DNA of 24,526 nt from Rhizaria sp. SCN 62-66. Its lineage: Eukaryota. The notes under the pieces are model-generated. The model was not told where the DNA came from. It did not search any database and saw only the letters and a program-made list of their open reading frames with translations. This document shows positions 21,292 to 24,526 of the stretch, in pieces (positions within the stretch are counted from its first letter, which is position 1; each line of letters opens with the position of its first letter). Made by a program: the position numbers and the translations under genes. The DNA lies in assembly GCA_001724265.1 (NCBI GenBank), contig MEDY01000004.1, forward strand, positions 310,001 to 334,526, in the 5' to 3' direction.

Positions 21292-21447
21292 GTAATTTTT
21301 CGTCGAGTCGATTGGCCTTATATGGGTCGAATCACGGGGTTAAAGTAGCCGGAACCAAGCCTTGTTGTTCGCGCTGGTCTGGCGTTTCTTTTCTTCCTGC
21401 AGCTTATCTAACCTCCATGGATTCGTGGTTGTTTCCCACTTCTGTAG
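21292..21447 (+). other. Putative 5'-UTR intron of the Pro-rich/CYSTM-like gene (156 nt; alternative acceptor at 21402)
   Basis: GTAATT at 21292, CTAAC at 21408 and tttcccacttctgtAG ending at 21447, 15 nt before the ATG. The branch-to-AG spacing resembles SEC22 intron 1. A second strong acceptor, tttcttttcttcctgcAG, ends at 21402. Confidence 0.4.
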
Positions 21448-21462
21448 TGTTTCATTTGCCCG

Positions 21463-22245
21463 ATGAGCGATCACACGCGCTCTCAGGCCGTCAGTAGTCG
21501 TCAAAAGACGGCCAGCAGCCCGCGCAGCCCACAGCAACCCCTCCCTCCACTGCCACCTTCGGAGTCTCCCGCCGTGGTTCCCATCACTGCCCCCACCGCG
21601 AGTTATGCGTCATCTTCCTCTTTGTCGCCTGTCAGGACCACTCCTGTGCCCTATATTGCCCCGTTGACGCTTCCGCCTTCGCCCGCGCAGCTCCCCTACT
21701 CGTACACCGCCCCGAACAACCCTCGCTCTAACGGGCCTGCCGTCTCCTCCTACTCCCCTGCGCCCGCGCCCGCGGCTGCGCCCACGCCTGTCGCTGGCCC
21801 GTCAGGCGTCGTGGGCACGTCCTACATTGAGGCGCCTGTGCGCAACCCCCCGATGGGTGCTGGCTACGGTCACGGTGGCAACGGCTACGGTGGCGGCTCC
21901 AACGACCCATACGCCTTGTCCTACACACAGCCCGCCACGCGCAGCAGCTTCGGCCAGGTCGCCACAGGGCAGCAAATGACGCTGATCCAGGCCCGCTCGC
22001 CGCATACGCCCAGCGGTAACTCCATGGGCAGCGCGAGCGGCTCTGGCAAATACGCGAGTGGGCACTACAACGGCGGCAACGGGGGCGACAAGTACTGTGA
22101 CCCTAAAGACGCGGGCGCGGTCAAGACCAGCAAGGAGAACGAGCAGACCGAGGCTGACCTCAACAGGGGGCTATGCGGTGCGTGTTGCTGCGTCGCGTTT
22201 TGCGCCATTCTTGGTTGCTTCTGCTGCAGCAAGGGTGGCGACTAA
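21463..22245 (+). CDS. Pro/Ser/Tyr/Gly-rich protein with a C-terminal cysteine-rich hydrophobic tail (CYSTM-like, tail-anchored or palmitoylated)
   Basis: 260-aa ORF from ATG to TAA, GC-rich relative to its flanks. A low-complexity P/S/Y/G body is followed by GLCGACCCVAFCAILGCFCCS. Confidence 0.7.
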   Translation: MSDHTRSQAVSSRQKTASSPRSPQQPLPPLPPSESPAVVPITAPTASYASSSSLSPVRTTPVPYIAPLTLPPSPAQLPYSYTAPNNPRSNGPAVSSYSPAPAPAAAPTPVAGPSGVVGTSYIEAPVRNPPMGAGYGHGGNGYGGGSNDPYALSYTQPATRSSFGQVATGQQMTLIQARSPHTPSGNSMGSASGSGKYASGHYNGGNGGDKYCDPKDAGAVKTSKENEQTEADLNRGLCGACCCVAFCAILGCFCCSKGGD

Positions 22246-24526
22246 GCGATGCGAATTACGAGTGGCACTCGTAGCGATTCGAAGCGACGCTTAACGCACT
22301 CAACCTACAAAAACCTCTTGAGTTGCAGGCAATTCGTGCTGCTAAGTCACGGATGCATTATAGCCTTGCTTTGCTTTGTGAGCGCAACCCTGCGTCATGG
22401 AATCGCTTGGTAGAATGTACTTTGTTTATCCGTATCTCTAATTATTGTCTGTATATTGCTGTTCCTCCGATTTTAATTGGTTTTGTTTCCGTTCTTTTTT
22501 CTTTTTCTTGTCAAACAAAGACTCCGGATAGGGCTGGCTTGTACTGGACTTCAGTTGCCGCCCGCGCCCATGCCTTTGCTATCGCGCTCACGACCGATCT
22601 CTCTCGCTCTCTCTTTGTGCTACCCCTTATGTCTTGGTGTGTCAATCTGTCTACCTGCCTTTTTTGACTCGACTATTTGTGCCCTCTTTTCCGCGCGCGC
22701 GTTAGGCAGCACAACGATGTCTGCTAATGTGGCTGAGAAATGCAACGATATCTGAAACATCTGTCAGTTAGGTGTAAGACGCGCGCACTTGATTGTGTAA
22801 CTGTCTTGTGTATTTGCTGAGCATGGTGCCTTTTCTTGTTAAGCTGTCTTGTCGCTGCATTGCTCTACCTGTGAAGATGTCGCTACTTTGTTGATATGTG
22901 TAATTTTTTTTGCATGCTTATGTTGTCTCGTGTGTTACTTATGAACAGCTTCCTTGCATCACAATCGCTCATGTTGCCCTGTTGCTTTATCAAGGGTGAC
23001 AACAGCTAGTGCGCTGAGTTTTTTGCGGTGTCAGTACCATCTAGTTTGGCGTCATGGAAATCGAATAATTTGTTGGGCTAATTTGTTCCCGCTTGGCGGG
23101 AACGACCGTGTGCTCTTTCACTTCGACTTATCTTCGCTATAGATGACCGTGGCAAGCTCTTGATAGCTGGTACGACTTGTATTTATGATCGTGCTGCTGT
23201 CCACTGCAACTGCGAAATGAACCTCCAGTTGCAAGTCGGCACGACAGCTCGCACATGAGTCAGATAGCTCGGCTAGTAACTCTAACGATTATAAGAATGC
23301 ACAGTGCTCTTTGTGTGGTATTGTTGTTGTGCGGTGAATGATGTCGGATAGCAGTGGCACTGAGCCCGAATCCGACAAACAACTCATCGTCGCAGGATCG
23401 CGCGCATGAGCCCCAGTGATATTCGAATGAGACAACAAACATCACCTCAGTTTAACGCGTCCGTAACCACTGCTATCTTCTCTCCCTTCTCTACAGTTGC
23501 ACATATTGTCATGCTCAGAATCACACTTCTTAACCGCGCTGACGATCACGGTCACTGGCAGCAGAAATGCTGTTCTCTGTGTCCCAGTTTTACGACACAA
23601 TCTGGTTTCCCGTGACCTACATCACTATTCATCTATCTTTTCACCATATCTCAATAGGTCGTTATCCTTTTTCAGTTTGTTTTTTTATGTTTTGTTTAAT
23701 TTTGCCCCCATTCTGTACGCTATCAATGTTACTTCAAACATCATTGCACTGTTTCTTAAGTTTCCGTCTTAACAAATTTGGTTTGTTTTGCCACTCTCGA
23801 CAAACAGTGTCTCTTGTATGTTGTATTTGCTGCTGTTTTTGTTCTGCTACTGTTGTTTCTTTTTGTCTTATTGAATCTGTTCCGCTGTGTCAACTCTGTT
23901 GTATATGCTATGTTGTGTGTGACTGCTCTGTTTCTGTGTCTTTATCACCGTCACACAATGCTATCTTTGTTGGTACGTTTGTCTGACACTCACTCCTGCT
24001 CCGCTTGCTTATGTTGTATCGCACTGCATTTTGTCATGCGACAAGAATGTACAATGTGTTAATGCTCGCTGCTCCATCTTTGTGATGTTGTTTCTTCACT
24101 TCAATCGCTGCGCTGACCGTTGTACGTATTTACCTTTACGTGGAACAATGTTACGACCCATCATTCTCGTAACAACGACACTCACGAATCTCCATTAGCT
24201 TGCGCCTAAGTTAAGTTTAGTTGGTTTTACGTATTAAGTTTGAACGATCGAAGATGTCGGGGATTATTCTATTTATACCCCCCTATTTTACTATCTGCTA
24301 TTATTTTTTTATGCACACACCGGTTACACTCTGTTTTAAACATTCGTTCTTTTTGTTTTCTCTTGCCCTGTTGGAGCTTGCCCATAAAATATGTTGCTTA
24401 TTTTACAAACTGTGGCTGAATGTTGTCACGTACCCCCGATGTAGAGGTTTATGAAAAAACGTGTTTTCCGCGATTTTCGCGCCTTGGTGCGCACTTTTCT
24501 ATTTCACTACGAGCGAAATAGTCCAT

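Noticed and set aside
23497-24062. Overlapping Phe/Cys/Val/Leu-rich ORFs that look like membrane proteins
   Set aside because: They are a by-product of T/TG-rich low-complexity sequence, are open in several frames, and mostly have non-ATG starts.
1-24526. Prokaryotic features (operon, CRISPR array, IS elements, pyrrolysine/selenocysteine system) and RNA genes
   Set aside because: Spliceosomal introns and SEC22/Sfi1-like genes show the DNA is eukaryotic. I recognised no repeat-spacer array, transposase, pyl genes, tRNA or rRNA. The in-frame stops are TAG, not the TGA used for selenocysteine.

Overview
This is GC-rich eukaryotic (protist-like) nuclear DNA with six protein-coding genes, all on the + strand and separated by AT-richer spacers. 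In order: (1) the 3' part of a TRAF-type/XAF1-like multi-zinc-finger protein; (2) an HCF101-type Fe-S scaffold (DUF59 + Mrp/NBP35 P-loop + DUF971) with a mitochondrial-looking presequence; (3) mitochondrial dihydrolipoamide dehydrogenase; (4) SEC22 with two GT-AG introns; (5) a giant Sfi1-like Trp-repeat protein; (6) a small Pro-rich protein with a CYSTM-like Cys-rich tail. The main observation is that the three ORFs the track lists separately (9166..9564, 9607..18072, 18106..20910) share one reading frame. They are separated only by two single in-frame TAG codons (9562-9564, 18070-18072) and form one 11,745-nt frame (3914 codons plus TAA). All six genes end in TAA or TGA, never TAG. This suggests that UAG is decoded as an amino acid while UAA stays a stop (a variant nuclear code, readthrough or editing). 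Alternatives remain: an intron over the first TAG, nonsense mutation or sequencing error. All homology calls come from motif recognition by eye; no searches were run.
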